Shown here: piece by piece, positions 14,064 to 15,562 of the stretch
Position numbering within the stretch: position 1 is the first letter of the stretch
Layout of the letters: each line of letters opens with the position of its first letter
Assembly: GCA_045617125.1 (NCBI GenBank)
Contig: JAZLIA010000047.1
Location: forward strand, 1 to 15,562
Length of the DNA: 15,562 bases
Direction of reading: 5' to 3'
Source of the DNA: Clostridia bacterium
Lineage (GTDB): Bacteria > Bacillota > Clostridia > Christensenellales > Aristaeellaceae
Notes under the pieces: model-generated
Database searches by the model: none
The model's input: only the letters and a program-made list of their open reading frames with translations
Told to the model about the DNA's origin: nothing
Made by a program: the position numbers and the translations under genes

Positions 14064-15562
14064 GCGTAAAGGTACTGACGAACGCGCAGATGCGGGAAAC
14101 GGAGCAGCTGGCGATCAAGGCGGGCTATCCTTCTCTGCTGCTGATGGAGCACGCGGCATGCGCATTGACGGACGTGCTGGAGAAAGAATTGAAGGGATGC
14201 AAGGGAAAGCATGTTCTTTTCCTGTGCGGAAAGGGAAACAACGGCGGCGATGGCCTGGCTGCGGCTCGGCTTTTCAGAGACCGGGGCGGTGAACCGGTCG
14301 TTTTTTTGACCGAGGAAAGCTGCACAGATGACAGCAGAACAAATCTGCATTTGGCGCGTCTGATGGAAATTCCCGTTGTGACCGCAGCAGGGGGAGAACC
14401 GGAGGCGGAGCTTCAGCCTTTTTGGCCGCAGGGAGGCTGGGACGGCTTTGTGGATGCGCTGTATGGAACCGGCTTTTCCGGCTGCACCGATGAGCTTACG
14501 GAAAGGCTTACATTTCTGCCGCTTTATCAGGAACGTGCGGTGCCCGTGATCGCGGCGGATGTGCCCAGCGGCCTTCATGCCCTCACCGGGGAATGCTTTG
14601 GCTCCATGATGAAAGCAGACGTGACAGTCACCTTCCACGCAGTGAAGCCCGGGCTTGTGCTCACAAAGGAACGGGACCGCGTTGGCCGGGTCGCGGTGAA
14701 GAATATTGGCCTGGAGCATCTGGATGAGGAGATCGTGCCAAGAAATGAAAACGTGATCCTTGCGGAGGAAAACGACCTGCTTTTGCCGGAAAGAGGAAAA
14801 GTGTGCCACAAGGGCGATATGGGCAGGCTGCTCATCTATGCGGGAAAACCGGGCATGGCGGGGGCTGCGGCAATATGCGCACGGGCAGCGGTGAAGGCCG
14901 GCGCCGGGCTTACCACTTTGATGTGTCCGGAAGAAATGATCCCCATCCTGCAGACGCTGGTTCCTTGCGCGATGTGCAGAAGCACGGAGGAAGTGAAAAA
15001 GAATGCGCCTGCCTTTGACGTGCTCTGCCTGGGCTGCGGCCTTGGGCAGGAGGAAGAAAACTGGCAGAACATTCTGCAGATATGGGATGAGGAAAAGCCC
15101 TCCGTGTGGGATGCCGACGCGCTCAATTTGCTGGCCCGTCATCCTATGCGGTTGGGGGATCTTGCGGTGATCACGCCGCATATCGGCGAAGCCGCCCGGC
15201 TGCTGAATGAAAGCACGGAAGCGGTCTTTGCAGATCGCATCGGGGCAGCGGAACGGCTGCAGAAACGGTTTGGCTGCTCTGTGGTGCTCAAGAGCGATGT
15301 GACGGTAGTGAAGCGGGATGAGCAGACGGTGCTGATCGACTGTGCTTCGCCTGCCCTGGCAAAGGGCGGAAGCGGGGACGCGCTGTGCGGGATTCTTGGC
15401 GCACTGCTGGCCCAGAACGCTCCGGATCCTTATGTGAACGGGCCGCTCTGGCATGCATTGGCTTCCCGGGCAGGGGCAGAAAAATACGGTGTGGCGGAAC
15501 TGACGGCGGAGGAGCTGATCCTTTGCCTGCATGACGCCGAAAAGCGATATATGAAGGCGTGA
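14060..15562 (+). CDS. nnr: Bifunctional NAD(P)H-hydrate repair enzyme (epimerase / ADP-dependent dehydratase)
   Basis: 500 aa. The YjeF N-terminal domain shows FLCGKGNNGGDGLAAARLF. The C-terminal carbohydrate-kinase domain shows HKGDMGRLLIYAGKPGMAGAAAICARAAVKAGAGL and GGSGDALCGILGALLAQ. TGA falls at the last 3 nt of the window. Confidence 0.92.
   Translation: MSVKVLTNAQMRETEQLAIKAGYPSLLLMEHAACALTDVLEKELKGCKGKHVLFLCGKGNNGGDGLAAARLFRDRGGEPVVFLTEESCTDDSRTNLHLARLMEIPVVTAAGGEPEAELQPFWPQGGWDGFVDALYGTGFSGCTDELTERLTFLPLYQERAVPVIAADVPSGLHALTGECFGSMMKADVTVTFHAVKPGLVLTKERDRVGRVAVKNIGLEHLDEEIVPRNENVILAEENDLLLPERGKVCHKGDMGRLLIYAGKPGMAGAAAICARAAVKAGAGLTTLMCPEEMIPILQTLVPCAMCRSTEEVKKNAPAFDVLCLGCGLGQEEENWQNILQIWDEEKPSVWDADALNLLARHPMRLGDLAVITPHIGEAARLLNESTEAVFADRIGAAERLQKRFGCSVVLKSDVTVVKRDEQTVLIDCASPALAKGGSGDALCGILGALLAQNAPDPYVNGPLWHALASRAGAEKYGVAELTAEELILCLHDAEKRYMKA

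Noticed and set aside
4337-15532. Long ORFs antisense to the called genes in the GC-rich segment. These are 4337..5131(-), 5770..6702(+), 6889..7590(+), 7780..8754(-), 8622..9536(-), 9439..10257(-), 10267..11241(-), 11716..13251(-) and 13967..15532(-), plus the many 60-180 aa ORFs nested in them.
   Set aside because: Each lies opposite a gene with clear family motifs. Their translations are low-complexity and rich in His, Arg, Gln, Gly and Pro, with no recognisable motifs. Long stop-free antisense frames are expected in DNA of about 58% GC. They lack SD sequences.

Overview
The window joins two compositionally different segments. Segment 1 (positions 1 to about 3530) is AT-rich: my hand counts on 60-nt samples run from 25 to 58% GC, and by eye it is in the high 30s overall. 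It carries a compact RiPP-type operon, all on the minus strand. The operon holds a radical SAM/SPASM maturase (2849->1521) and a 51-codon precursor-peptide ORF that is too short to appear in the supplied ORF track (1469->1314). These are followed by a PqqD-family RRE protein, an HprK-like P-loop kinase, and a SipW-like S24/S26 peptidase that runs off the left edge. The roughly 340-nt region upstream of the maturase holds a near-consensus sigma-A-type promoter, a (GCTT)x13.75 tetranucleotide repeat inside a small ORF, and a long hairpin followed by a U-tract. One alternative repeat-length frame reads straight through to an ATGA overlap with the maturase start codon. Segment 2 (about 3531 to the end) is GC-rich (samples 53-63%). 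It opens with a cutC gene that starts mid-protein exactly at the composition break, so this point is an island/insertion boundary or an assembly chimera. The rest of segment 2 looks like ordinary Clostridia-style housekeeping. It contains a glycosylasparaginase-family Ntn hydrolase, queH, an FMN-dependent alpha-hydroxy-acid dehydrogenase-family gene and a sugar-phosphate isomerase/epimerase. It also contains a polar amino-acid ABC transporter (SBP, permease, ATPase), an M20 peptidase, a Trp-specific T-box leader with trpS, an alpha/beta hydrolase, acpS and nnr. The most interesting content is the radical-SAM / PqqD / HprK-like kinase / S24-S26 peptidase RiPP cluster, with its unannotated precursor and its possibly phase-variable leader. 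No rRNA, tRNA, CRISPR array, transposase or integrase is visible in the window. All functional calls come from motif recognition by eye; no searches were run.
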